A DNA stretch of 64,000 bases from Setoptus koraiensis (Eukaryota > Animalia > Arthropoda), in the NCBI GenBank assembly GCA_048013815.1, contig CM106586.1:3162001-3226000 (forward strand). Direction: 5' to 3'. The position numbers were made by a program, and so were the translations under genes. The notes beneath the pieces were generated by a model. It saw only the letters and a program-made list of their open reading frames with translations. It was not told where the DNA came from and did not search any database. This document shows positions 32,231 through 44,778 of the stretch, piece by piece (the first letter of the stretch is position 1; the number at the start of each line of letters is the position of its first letter).

Positions 32231-34282
32231 TTAATCTTGTGGATCCGACTTAATCACTGCATCTATCCAATCTCTGTAGTACGATATATCAGTGTAAACA
32301 CCGGGAACGTCTGTCTGGCCACAGCTAATACCCCACGAGGCCAAACCCTTGAGAACAACCGTGTTAGTTTGATAATCTATACAATAGAGGCCAGATCCTC
32401 CGTTACCCTTGCAGGCATCGCGACCCGATTCTCCTCCAGCACAAATCTCTCCTTGACCAATGGGAGTATTTAGTTTAGTTCGACAATCGTCTCTTGGAAT
32501 CAGAGGCAACGACACATCTTCGAAGGTATCAGTGAATATTCTGGGGTACATATTTAGAAAATTGACTTTAAATCTTTCTAGGGGAGAAATATCTCTAATA
32601 GGCACAAAGCAACGTTGTCCAACAAAGGTTTGCGAGCTATTTGCCATGGCAACTGGTGTGATATTTTGTAGTTGCGAATGCACTTGCTTAAACCTCGGCA
32701 TCTCCTCAAGAACCCAAGGCCTACTCTTTCCTCTATACCTATATTGATCTTGCTTGATAATTTTTCCCAATCTAACTATTGCAATATCATGCACCATCTT
32801 AGAGGCCTGAGTGAAACTTTCCGGTCGATAAGATTCGTGTTTCATGTAGTAGGTGCTATCTACGGCAACAGGTGAGTTTGTTTGTTCGTCTGGTCCGTCT
32901 AGTACAATCAATCTAGAAGAGAATAAGCCTCGAGCACTATAGAAGGCACCTCTGGGTTCGCCAGATTTTCTGAACGTTCTCAGCACGACAATTATCGACC
33001 CGTTGTTGTGTTTCAGTCGATCAAAACAGTGCGCGGCCGTAACAACATATTCCGGATGAATCAGAGTGGCCCCACAAAGATAATCGGCGTATCGGGTCAG
33101 ATTCGAGATGGCTTGGGACATGTTTGGTATGTACGACATCCATAAAGTAGCGTGTGCCGGATATTCGTCCAGTGACTGAATCAGATTATTATATTTTGGC
33201 AAAAGTTTATGCACAACACTGGAGTTTTGTGCTACAACTGGGGCCGCCTTGTTTCTGTTTTCATCATCGTTATGATCATGTTGGCGTAGCAACATTTTAT
33301 GCATTCCTTCCCGCCGAGCGGCACCTCCTTCTGAAATTGCCTTTGTAAGGGGACTTTTCGTGGTAGAATCATTGGTCGTGTCGATGACTGAAGCTATGGA
33401 ATCTACTTTTTCTACGTATTTTCTCCACCAAGGTACGAATCCAACAGAATACTTAGATTCGTTGTTATCCGGCACGTAGGCAAAGGAAGTTTGTGGTTTC
33501 ATCTCGCTGGAAAATTTCAACTCATCGAGCATTCCTCTCAAAGGGGGTCTCGATGAGTTGATAGGTCTTCGCAAGGAATGCTGAGGTTTCAAGAAATGGC
33601 CGTCCATTATCACATGGCTGTCGGGTTGATTGACGCTGATTGCATGAAATGCTCTCGGATTGTGATTGGTGTATTTTTGTGTTAGCTCTTCAATATGATC
33701 TAAACGGGTGTCTATTATCTCGATCATTTTGATTGATGCCTTCAAACTGCTCCAAAACATCAACAAGCATATCGATAATAGAAACAACACCAACCAGATA
33801 CTGTTGGGTAAGACCAACTTCCTGGTAATGATCACGGTTTCCGTGGGCAGCTTCTCTTTTGTATCGCCATTGTTTGTTTTACTTTCAACATGGCTCACCA
33901 GGTTTAGATTTTTCTTCTTATTATTATTGACCGAGATCCAAGATGAAATGCTTGGCCACCTAACGGCTGACTGTTTTTGTTCATCACATTGGTCGCCAGT
34001 CATCTGTACTGTTGTTGGCATATAAACCGGTGGAGGTAACATGGGCAATTCATGATGATTTTCTGGATTGTCGTTTGTTAAGTGATGTTTATGCAATTGT
34101 GACATGTTATTGGAATCAGATTTCTTCCCGTCCTGTGTTGGATGCTTTTCGTCTTCGTGATCGTCACAATAGGCGATCCGATACAAATCATTCACGCTCG
34201 TCGATGTTGGCATGTCTGGTGAAGATTCCCAGTAATTGTAGTTGCTATTCGATTTGTTGTTGTCGTTGTTCGTGGTGGCCAT
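32231..34282 (-). CDS. Type II membrane serine-protease homologue (non-catalytic), copy 2
   Basis: 683-aa single-exon ORF, same architecture; His and Asp motifs retained, Ser motif GNGGSG; SWG and PGVYTDISYYRDWI intact. Confidence 0.88.
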   Translation of the reverse strand: MATTNNDNNKSNSNYNYWESSPDMPTSTSVNDLYRIAYCDDHEDEKHPTQDGKKSDSNNMSQLHKHHLTNDNPENHHELPMLPPPVYMPTTVQMTGDQCDEQKQSAVRWPSISSWISVNNNKKKNLNLVSHVESKTNNGDTKEKLPTETVIITRKLVLPNSIWLVLFLLSICLLMFWSSLKASIKMIEIIDTRLDHIEELTQKYTNHNPRAFHAISVNQPDSHVIMDGHFLKPQHSLRRPINSSRPPLRGMLDELKFSSEMKPQTSFAYVPDNNESKYSVGFVPWWRKYVEKVDSIASVIDTTNDSTTKSPLTKAISEGGAARREGMHKMLLRQHDHNDDENRNKAAPVVAQNSSVVHKLLPKYNNLIQSLDEYPAHATLWMSYIPNMSQAISNLTRYADYLCGATLIHPEYVVTAAHCFDRLKHNNGSIIVVLRTFRKSGEPRGAFYSARGLFSSRLIVLDGPDEQTNSPVAVDSTYYMKHESYRPESFTQASKMVHDIAIVRLGKIIKQDQYRYRGKSRPWVLEEMPRFKQVHSQLQNITPVAMANSSQTFVGQRCFVPIRDISPLERFKVNFLNMYPRIFTDTFEDVSLPLIPRDDCRTKLNTPIGQGEICAGGESGRDACKGNGGSGLYCIDYQTNTVVLKGLASWGISCGQTDVPGVYTDISYYRDWIDAVIKSDPQD

Positions 34283-37238
34283 TAATTGATTAGGATTGCA
34301 AATATTGTTAAAATAGATTGTATAGTTAAAATGGCCGCTTCCTGCAAATCGTATTAATTGCTATTGTTAATTGTGTTTTGTCGAAAACAAATCGACAAAA
34401 GGGAACTAGCTCGGAGCAACGTCTCTCTCCCTTTATATAACTCACTGGCTCAATTTATCTCGTGATATTTAAGTTGCTCATAATGGTTGTTTACTCTTTC
34501 ATATTCGCAATTGAGATAACAAAAACATACCATACACATTGTCATGGAGAAACGGCAAGATCTTTATCAGTCTACACAGATCTATCGTCAATAACTTTAT
34601 TGTTTCAATCCATCTTGAGAGTGGAATTGGTGTCTATGAGACATACACCCTATGTGATTGGTGATAACACAAGAGAAAACCTATTATTGAACGATTAAAT
34701 GATTAGACCCACGGTGCGATAAATTTTGCTGGTCTCTATCACACCCACGCGGTTTAACCGTGTTTCCGGGTTGGGTGTGATGCATCTGTCGACTATGAAA
34801 TCGTCCGAATTGATGTCACCTTGATCGTCTTGTGAAAGCAATAATGAATCTCCTCATCGTTGTCTCATTGAAAAACTAGCTAAAATAAGACAGTTACCCG
34901 AGGCGTCAAATCTGGAGTGTTACTTTTTGTTGCCAAACCCGAGGTGACGCAACTTAACATCAGTCCAAGGATGCAGTAAGGCGATCATTGTATCGCACAC
35001 ATCAAATGATTCGTGAGAATAGTTTCTCGATCTACAATTCAGCCAGCTCATCTGATATTGACTATTGCCAAAATTGTGATTGCAAACTACGAGTAATCGG
35101 GAGAACAAAGAAAACTTACTGATAACTTGTATCCGATTAGATTAAGCTCGATACCGAGGCCTACACCCAATTCGATAGGCGCACACACCCACTTCTTTTT
35201 CCCGACAAAATTCTCGGACAAAATGTCGTATTATCTTTTGAATGTCTTGTACACTGTCTTCAGATTGTTCGAACCCTTGGTAGTTAACGATTGTTTAAAC
35301 TCATTGCCACCACCGAGAAAGTGAAGGACAACACTTATCAACAATTAAATTTTAGTTGCTTTACATAAAGGATTCATTAAGCGAGCAAAGCAGGACTAAA
35401 GATTACAAAAATCCTGGCAAGAATTGTACTCATATAATAACTACAAATATGTATAGATTACACAAGCACACACGGCGCAGCAACGTGATAAAAATGTCCA
35501 ATAATAAGCCAGCTATTGAAGTAATACTATAATGATTCCATGATGTAATGCTTGACACTTTATTGATAAGACCATCATCGCATAAGCTAAGTCGATCCTG
35601 ATTCAAGCATCTCGAAATTAATCAAATACAAAGGTACTATTGCTATCGTTTGTTGTAGTTTTAGTTAGTTTAGAAGATGTATGTGGTATGTTAGTGTGAG
35701 ATGGCAATCGCAACTACTATTTCAACAGCTTTGTAATGCACTGGAGGAAACAAATGTACTATAGATAAATATTAAATAATAAAATAATAAGTATTAATAT
35801 ACCGACTCCATTGGACGAAAATCAATAAGTTTAGTTTGGTTGACGCAATGACTGCATGGTGTCTCTTGTCTGCAGTAAAGCATCTATTTTCCTGCTGTTG
35901 AAGTGCGAGAGAATCGGGCAATCCTCTAATTTAATTGTTTCGGCAAATTGTTAGCAGAAAAGAGACTTTCAAATTGATTGAACAGCCTACTATTTCCTCG
36001 TACCATTGAATACAATTTTTCGTTTCTTATCTTTGATTGAGAAATTTCTAGACCCGAGTTTCATCATGCGGCTGGTCTCACTGCCCCGCGCCCTCACCCC
36101 ATATTTATGTGGACTTATTTTCGTTGTTAAATACAACGAAATGACGCTACTTATCTGTAATATATCTCGCATCATATCTTATTGGTTATGGTTGTATATG
36201 TCTCTCGAGAACAACTCTTGTCCCAATAACTCTGATGCTCTTGAAACATATGCGCCAAATTATTATTCTCTTAGCTCGGGAACCTTTTTTCCGTTCGATG
36301 TCGCTATTGCTGATGTCTGGATCATCGCGACAACTGACTTTACTGTTATATAATGTCATATCGTGGTTCAAGTGATGGGATATAAAGATTAAAATATGCA
36401 AAAATTTTTACATTGTCAGTGCATTGAAACTCAATATTTTGCAAATCTTGATAATCCGTAATGTCGATATTTGGTTCGCTTCACCATCACTACATGCAGG
36501 TGCGATTTTCCGCCATGCAAACAAACAAATACACGTTGTGTTTTCAACAGCAGTGCTCACAGTAAACAAATGCACTGTGGAGGGTGCATCAGGGTCAAAA
36601 CCAAAATTCACTCATTTGGACACAAATATTATTTGTCAAATAATCTCCGCGATCACTTGATTAAACAACTGACTTGTCTTCGTAATCTCGCAATCAATTC
36701 TAGATAATTGACGCCATCGAGTCGGCATTAATCTACTCAAATTTGCATCAGGCTCTTGTTAGGACAGAGCTCAGAGATCTCGATTTAATATCACATCGGA
36801 ATAATACTGCGCTAACAACAGTGAATTATAATTAATAGTCGATTACTATTAAAGCTGACTGGCCATTAAGCTTCTCATACCATTTTATCATTATCAATAT
36901 TTTGAGGATCTTATCAACAACCAAAACCATCCTCAAATAATTACAGCTTTATCTAGTTAGCCAAACAATCTCATTGAGTGTCTTTCGACCATTTATGATT
37001 GTGACGCCATTATTATTATTGTATCTCTATTGACACTTCATCCAACGATACGAACAAACATTGCTCGTACAGATTGTTCTTCTATGCAAGCTTTGGTAGC
37101 AATTTTTAAGATGACAACTTCTATTCCACAAAATAATGTCAACAGACCAAAATAAGATATCGTTTTTAAGCACACTTATTAAGCACAATCCTCAAATTGT
37201 TGTCCTGTTGAATATTATAGCAATACACTCATAGAAGT

Positions 37239-39839
37239 ATGGATAAGATCATCACATCTTTGGAGAATCTCGTAAGTATCTCACTCGACTGTTTTTTTTT
37301 TGTCACAAGTTCTCACTTCTCATTGTGAGCATCGTTTTTTGTCAATCTTATGTAACAGGGACTCAACTTGACCAAACGACCGAAACTCGCAGAGCCATGG
37401 CAGCGACGAGACCTAAAGACTGGATTAATATTTGATGATGTCATGCTGAAACATGACTGCCGATGGGTCAAACCCGACGAATGTCCACAAAGATATTCCG
37501 CCATTAAGGATAGATTACACGAGCTGAAACTCATAGAGCAGTGTGAGTTGTTACCGTCGAAATTTGCCACAAAAGATGACATACTGTTGGCCCATGATGA
37601 GGCCTATTACGAATCTGTCTTATCAACTAAGGAATACGTCGATGACGAGGGTCTGGAGAAATTGAAACAGCTGTCGTCTAAATTTGATGGTGTCTACTTT
37701 AATGAGTTCACCTATGAGTGCGCCATGCTTGCCGCTGGCTGCTCAATTAGTTTGGCAGATGCTGTGATTGAGGATAGACTCAAAAACGGTTTTGCCTTGA
37801 TAAGGACACCAGGTCATCATGCCATGAAAACCGAGGCCAATGGTTATTGTATTTTCAACAATGCAGCTATTGTGGCGAGGAATGCACTGACTAAACACAA
37901 CCTAGAGCGCATACTTATTTTGGACTGGGACATTCATCATGGCCAAGGGACACAATCATTCTTTTATGATGATCCAAGAGTTTTGTACATTTCCATTCAC
38001 AGATATGAGAAAGGGAAGTTTTGGCCCGAACTCATTGAATCCAATTACAATTTCACAGGAGCAGCTCAAGCCAAAGGATTCAACATGAACATACCTCTGA
38101 ATGAGACAGGTGTCAACGACGGTGACTATTTATCTATGTGGTTCAATGTGATATTACCTGTTGCCTACGAGTTTGATCCTGAACTTGTCATTGTTTCCGC
38201 CGGCTATGACGCTGCCCTAGGCTGCCCTGAAGGACAGATGAGGCTGAAACCCGTTACATATCATACCCTTTGTAACTCTCTTATGTCATTGGCCAACGGC
38301 AAGGTTGTATGTCTGCTCGAGGGCGGTTACAATATTGTCTCTCTAGCAGAGGGTGCAGCTCTGACTCTTAGAACTCTGCTGGGATATCCATGTCCACCAA
38401 TAGACCACCGATTCATTGAGATGAGCCTGCACCAGTCGGCAATTCAGTCAATATTGGATGTCATTTGGGCGCTTAGACCACATTGGAAACTTCTCGCTAT
38501 CCAAGGCAAATATTCTAGATCTGACCCGGAGATTGGTGTGACTGCTGGAGGACCAACTGAGAATAGGACCAGATATGGACCGATTATCGATTTCCAAGGC
38601 GATATCTCGTCCAGTGCAAGGAACAAAGAAAAGTATGATATAAACGAAGTGGCCTGCGTCAAGGACCAAGCAAAACAAGATGAGTTGACGCGCGAGGTCA
38701 AAGAGATAATCGATAACACAGATTTGTCAATACCGTCGGACACATTCGAGAGGCAAACCTACCTTGTGTATGATGATGTTATGCTCAAACATAAATGTAA
38801 ATCATCTCATCCGGAAAAGCCTAGTAGGTATACGGGCATCATGAAACGATTGAACGCATTAGATCTAGTGAGTCGTTGCACAATTGGAAGATCTCGCCAA
38901 GCTACATTCGAAGAATTGAAGCTCGCCCATGATCGCGATTATATAGAAAAGCTCAAAACTACAAGGTTTATGGGCCCAAAAGAACTCGATGAATTGGCCA
39001 GCAAATGGGACTCCATATATCTGAACGAATTCAGTTATGATTGTGCCGTAACAGCGGCAGGTTGTTGTTTGCAAGCTGTTGACCAAGTTATGAGCAGAAA
39101 AAACTTGAACGCGTTTGCAATCATTCGACCGCCGGGACATCATGCAGGAAAGGATTACGCGGCTGGATTTTGTCTCTTTAACAATGCTGTTGTAGCTGGA
39201 AAATATGCCTTAAGCAAATATGGTGATTCCTGCAAACGGGTTCTCATATTTGACTATGATATACATCACGGCGATGGTATACAGGCTCTAGTCCAAGATG
39301 ATGAACGATTCCTATACATAAGTATCCATAGGTACGACGATGCAGCAGCCTATCCCTTCAAAACGTTGTCGAATTTCTCTAATGGCGGAAAGAACATTAT
39401 AAACGTTCCATGGAATGATCATATTATGACAGAAACCGAATACATGATGGCCATGTTCAATATTGTTCTACCGTGTGCCTATGAATTCAATCCGGACCTC
39501 GTTATCATATCTAGTGGCTTTGATGCCGCCATCAACGATCCATTGGGCCAATATAAGGTACAGCCCTCGGCGTTCGGTCATTTTATTCATCACATGAAAC
39601 CATTGGCAGGCGGAAAGATGGTGGTATGTCTCGAAGGTGGCTATAACATAACCTCCATAGCGGAAAGTTCAGCACATGTCTTGTCTGTTCTTTTGGGAGA
39701 CCCGCCAAAGCGATTGAAGATGAACGAACCAAGTCAAGCGGCGTTGATTACGATGCGTAATGTTATTGGCTATGAGAAATCGTATTTCAAGATGCTACAG
39801 TTTGATTCTGATCTTCCTGATGATGTCATCGAAACATAG
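37239..39839 (+). CDS. HDAC6: Class IIb histone deacetylase HDAC6-like, two complete catalytic domains, no ZnF-UBP
   Basis: Exon 1 37239-37271 (MDKIITSLENL, gtaagt donor) splices in frame to exon 2 37359-39839. CD1: RTPGHHA, DWDIHHGQGTQ, SAGYDA, EGGY. CD2: RPPGHHA, DYDIHHGDG, SGFDA, EGGY. Confidence 0.92.
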
Positions 39840-40300
39840 ATTGTCTTACATTTGTGTTGAGATTGCGCGTGGAATGAAAAAATGTTGCATGCTGTCATGG
39901 ATAAACTATTACCTTTCTGCGAGACTAAGCTAAGCGAAGTTAAGTTGACTTGATTGATGATTTGCATAAATTAAGTTCTGTTTGGTGTAAGTTCGAAAGA
40001 GGCCTCTACATCCCTATATTCTTATATATATTCATTTTAACACTTTCTTGTGCGATATACACCTTGGGATGAGTCATTAGTTCTTATGTTCAATGTGGAT
40101 AGGGTGCGAATTTCTGTCAGTGATCCAATATTTCATTTCAGATCTGAGTTCGTTTTACGTCCTAGAGAGGGGGCTTCTGAGCGCAACATCAAAACAAAAA
40201 GCACATGATTTTTTTACCCTATGCCACATCATGGATGGTATATAATAAAAGACTTGTGTTATATCTTTGTTTAGTATTGATCAAATCAGAATTAGTTGAC

Positions 40301-41215
40301 ATGTTTCCTTTGAGAATTACAAGGTGCTCCCTTCTGGCAAATAGATATAACCCAACCATTGTGCCGACGCGCAACTCCATTTGGGAAACTTATCGTCATG
40401 GACCCGGCAAGAAATATGACCCGCCTGACCTGGACTGGAACAAGGTGATAAAAGCTGCCTTCAGCAAACAGGGTTTGATCACGGTGAAGAATGAATTGAA
40501 GAAAATGGTGAAGGAAACATTTGTTACTCCAGCACGCAAAAGAGTTCAGCCTATGGTTGTGGATTACCATGAACATTTTGATACAGATGAATCCTTCAAA
40601 AGGTGGAGAGTTACTTGTGATTCTGCCTACGGTGATGGTTACTCCACTGCGAAATTCGAAAGATCAAAAGGTGGCCATGCTTTGTTCACAGGCGTGTTAG
40701 ACACAAGGGTTCCGAAAGACGGTCTGACGATGGACGCAGGCTTTGCCGGTTTGGCTGGTCCAAAGCAATACAAATATTTGAAAGTGCAAAAATTCTACAA
40801 TTGGTCAGATTATACTCATTTGAAATTGAGATTTCGAGCAGATGGAAGAACCTACCATGTTTCTATTAATGTGAGCCAAGACTATGACGACATGTGCTGG
40901 TACGACACATACCTTTACCCTCTCTATACCCACGGGGGACCCTATTGGCAGGAGGTCAGTATTCCCTTTATGGACTTTATACACACTAATAAGGGATTTG
41001 CTCAGGATATACAAACAGGATTGCAGGCGAACATAGTAAATTTTGTTGCCATCATTATTTGCGACAAGATTAACGGCCCATTTCAGATAGAAATAGACTA
41101 CATAGGAATGTACAAAGATAAAAGTGGACGCAATTATAGGGCCCTCGCATCACCCTACGAGCGATACGCAACCCCCCAGTTGAAACTCACACCTAAACAG
41201 TATTCATCAAGATAA
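40301..41215 (+). CDS. NDUFAF1: Complex I intermediate-associated protein 30 (CIA30), mitochondrial
   Basis: CIA30 motifs WRVTCDSAYGDGYS, LFTGVLDTRVPKDG...AGFAG, LRFRADGRTY, LYTHGGPYWQEVSIPFMDF, GPFQIEIDYIG. Start may be ATG 40205 or 40301. Confidence 0.92.
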   Translation: MFPLRITRCSLLANRYNPTIVPTRNSIWETYRHGPGKKYDPPDLDWNKVIKAAFSKQGLITVKNELKKMVKETFVTPARKRVQPMVVDYHEHFDTDESFKRWRVTCDSAYGDGYSTAKFERSKGGHALFTGVLDTRVPKDGLTMDAGFAGLAGPKQYKYLKVQKFYNWSDYTHLKLRFRADGRTYHVSINVSQDYDDMCWYDTYLYPLYTHGGPYWQEVSIPFMDFIHTNKGFAQDIQTGLQANIVNFVAIIICDKINGPFQIEIDYIGMYKDKSGRNYRALASPYERYATPQLKLTPKQYSSR

Positions 41216-41442
41216 CAAAATAACTGTCTAGTGTGACTATTTGTTAGTCTGTAAATATAACTTTTATTATTATTTATTATAGTTGTTTATTTTGAGACTG
41301 TCCGTCTTTCAATTTTGAATTAACATGTGAGACAGAGCATTACCGTGTGTCCATTATCATGGACTCGCTAACGCCGAACACGAGTTAACTTGGAACGCCT
41401 AACAGAATAGTGATTGCTTAAACACTCCCCTTTAACATGTGA

Positions 41443-41516
41443 GTCCCAATAGCTCAGTTGGTTAGAGTGCCTGTCTAGTAAACAGGAGGTCCTGAGTTCG
41501 AATCTCAGTTGGGACA
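41443..41516 (+). tRNA. tRNA-Thr (anticodon AGT)
   Basis: Acceptor stem GTCCCAA/TTGGGAC, D-arm GCTCAGTTGGTTAGAGT, anticodon arm CCTGT-CTAGTAA-ACAGG, T-arm CTGAG-TTCGAAT-CTCAG; TTTTT follows at about 41522. Confidence 0.95.
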
Positions 41517-42304
41517 GTAACTTTTTGCATTTTCAACTTTTGTCTCTTTTACATCATGAATCTCTCACCGTCTATCCTCTATTACTTTATCGCCAATTAA
41601 TTCTTCTTTCGCCTTGGAAACTAGACCTTATTCTTTCATTTAATGGCGTCTAACCGGTGCAATATCTATGTGATGACACCTTACAAGATGATACATTTGT
41701 CATCACTTTAACAATGAAGGTCATCTGCACTGTCTAATCGTGCTTCTAGCACCAATTTAATCGAACAAACAATACCAATCAATGAAAAGAGTGACTCTTA
41801 CTCAACATGTTAATATACACTTAATTAAGTGAAGTTATATAATTTATTAATTACAATTTATTAATACTCTCATATACCCCTTATCTTCTGACTCATATAC
41901 ACTCGTTCTTGTTGACAAAAAAGCCATCAACTGTTGATGATTGTTTGTTTCAAATGTTTAATTGTTGTTGAACTTGATAGTTTCGGTTGTTGCTTTTGTT
42001 TTGCTTGTTTTTTGCCTTACCATTGCTGTTGAGTTACATAAAGGTTGCATGATGTAATCTTATCGATTTGCACCAAGATCTTTTGTTGAACAACGCGAGC
42101 GCCAGATTATATTCGATTGTAATGAGGGACTCCGTGCTAATTTATTCACAATCTCAAACAGCTCTCGATATAATGCTTGAAAGGCATTAAGAAAGAGTTA
42201 CCGTTTTTGCGCCCCGACCGGCTAATAAACTGATACTAGCCGTCTTGTAATCTGTGAATACCAATCGATTCGATGCATCAACAACCAAATAGACAATAGT
42301 TGGC

Positions 42305-43374
42305 TTAATATCCGGTAAGCTCGGAGAAGGTTTGATCCAACTCGTCTGAGACTGATTTGTATTTCTCTTTCTCGTGTACGAGTTCGTCCTCGAGTCTGTC
42401 GACCTCCTTCTGGAGTTTCTGGACTGATCGTTCGGCAAACTCGGCTCTTGCCTCAGCCTCTTGTAGTCTCTGGGTGGCTCCGCGGATGGTCATCTCGTAG
42501 GTCTCTTCCTTTTGTAGAGCCTTCTCCTCGCTGACCTCCAATGATTTCAAGTTGTTGCCCACAACCTTCAGCTCTTCTTCAAGCTCCACAATCTTGGACT
42601 CTCCTGTTTCAGCGCGCTCCTCAGCACGCTCAAGGTCGGCCTCAACCATTGCTAGTTTACGTGCGACCTCATCGTATTTTCTGTCAGCATCTTCGGCCAT
42701 CATTCTGGCCTCTTTCAATTGGCTTTCAAGGGCCTCCATGCGCTCCTCATCGGTGATGCTTCTGTGTTCAAGCATTTTGCGCATTCTCTCACTCTCATCT
42801 GCGGATTGCGAGGCTTCCTCAAGCTTTTGGGTGGCGATCTTGAGACGTTCCTCCGATCGCTCCAAATCCTCTTCCAACAATTGGATGCGACGGTTGGATG
42901 CAGCTGAATCGGCTTCGGCCTATAGAGAAATATTCAGAGAAAATCGCTACATGTGAGAAACAAAATCTGACAAGAAGGACGCATGATGCACAAGCGAATG
43001 AGCCTCCTCTAATGGGTCAACATACATTTTGTAAAGCTTTCTCCTTTTCTTCCAATTTGACATTGGCTTGGCTGAGGTTCTCTTGAACGACATCCAACTC
43101 GTTCTCAATTTGTTGGATCTTCTTCTGTAGACCGCGGACCTCTTCCTCGGACTTGATATTTCAGTTGGATGGGAAAACGAAAAAAAAAATATTGTTACTT
43201 ACATACTCTTTAAGGAACTATTTGTGTGGATTCCACTTGTTACTTCGTTGTAGAATTTACCTTCTCAGCTCGGAGGTTGGCGTCTCTGGACAATTGCTCG
43301 GCTTGTTCGGCTCTGTCGACGGCATTGTCCTTCTCAAGCTTCATAGCTTGCATTTTCTTCTTGATGGCCTCCAT
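42305..43374 (-). CDS. Tropomyosin, copy A (284 aa, 3 coding exons)
   Basis: Exons 43374-43261, 43151-43026, 42919-42305 give exactly 284 aa, [18 protein letters not shown]...[10 protein letters not shown], arthropod muscle type. Confidence 0.96.
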
Positions 43375-44778
43375 TTTGCTATCTTGTTTTGTTTTTTTAG
43401 GCTTGAAGGAAATAAATTAACCTGATAGGTTGTGAAAATTGTATCAATAAATAGTGATTATTGATTTCCACCTTTGAATATCCCTAATCTAGAGTCTTGA
43501 TTTTGTGTCGATTGGTTTTTTCCGTCTTCGAATTTTTTTTCTTCTCCGATCATAAAGCCACCAAAACAAGCGACTAGTATAGCTACGCAAGAGAGATTAT
43601 ATTTTAAAACAACTGGGCGACGTAATTGAGTCACTATAGTAAGAGTCTCTATGAATCTCACTCGTTAAAAGATGCCTCTAGAGTCGTTTGCCTTCACTTC
43701 TTTCCTCCTCTATAGACTAAACTAAACCAAAGAATAATGTCTTCAATATGAGTCGAGTAATAATGTGTGTATGTGTGTGAGAGAGATAGATAGCCAATTC
43801 AATAAAACCGAAATTTGCATAGAGAGAATACAACATCTGGCATTAGTCCAAGTTTGTCCTGCTAATTGGAGCCAAGGATAAACAAGGGGTAGGGAGAGAG
43901 ATATGGTATCGTGTTTGGTGGACTTATGTCGCTTTCGAGCTTATATCCTTTTTTGGTACTAGTTGCAACTAACTTAGCTACTTCGAAAACACATAGATAT
44001 AGTGTTTCGGCGGAGCCAAAAAAGGATTCAAGCTTGCGAAAATCGGACTCAATGGCCTCTATAGACGTAATTGTCGCCGTTCGGTAGTTAGCCTTGGCTC
44101 ACATGAGAGATCTTCGAGAAGAATCAAAGTAAAGTATACTTGGCCGCATGCCAATCCACATAGACCCACATATTTTGTCTGCTAGATCCGCTCTGTCTAG
44201 CTTACATCCCATCGTCGCTAGTATCTCTTTTAGTATCTATTCCAAGTATGTTTCACACATGATTTAAAACATCAGTGGCTTATAATAGACAAGGCAAGGA
44301 TCTGAAAGGCAGGGTCAAGATGACTCGGTTGTGTATCTAATATCGTGTTTACGCTACACTATTTAGGCCCATGAGCGATATGCATCTTATCTGCAGCACT
44401 TACATGCTTCAAATGGGGCGAAATTAAAAACTTAAGTCTACTAAATTGGCGATGATAGATGATGAACCTGTGTATACGACTCAAGGCGCCCAAACTCAAA
44501 GCTCTGTCGTATGTGACATTCCGTTCAGTTTTTTTTTTGCATTCTTTAGGCCCTAGTTATTAATTGAGATGGTGAACAGTGAATAAACAAAACAAATAAA
44601 AGAAACAAAAATAACAAAAAGTTTAAAGGTGACCATTGATTTAGTGTACTGTATTGACAAACGTCAGTTTTATCTCATTCTATCGTTGACCGATCATTCG
44701 ACAAGTTTCATCATTTATAGTTTTATAGAAATATCCTTAATTTAGTACATAAAAAAGACAACAAAACAAAATAACAAA

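Noticed and set aside
34920-35330. Possible spliced minus-strand gene (KKWVCAPIELG..., gtaagt donor near 35119)
   Set aside because: In-frame stop upstream, no acceptor giving a convincing continuation, no family match.
35990-36707. Hydrophobic ORF 36006-36353 as a chemoreceptor fragment, and Cys-rich short ORFs nearby
   Set aside because: TTG start, no receptor C-terminal motif and no consistent exon chain could be built.
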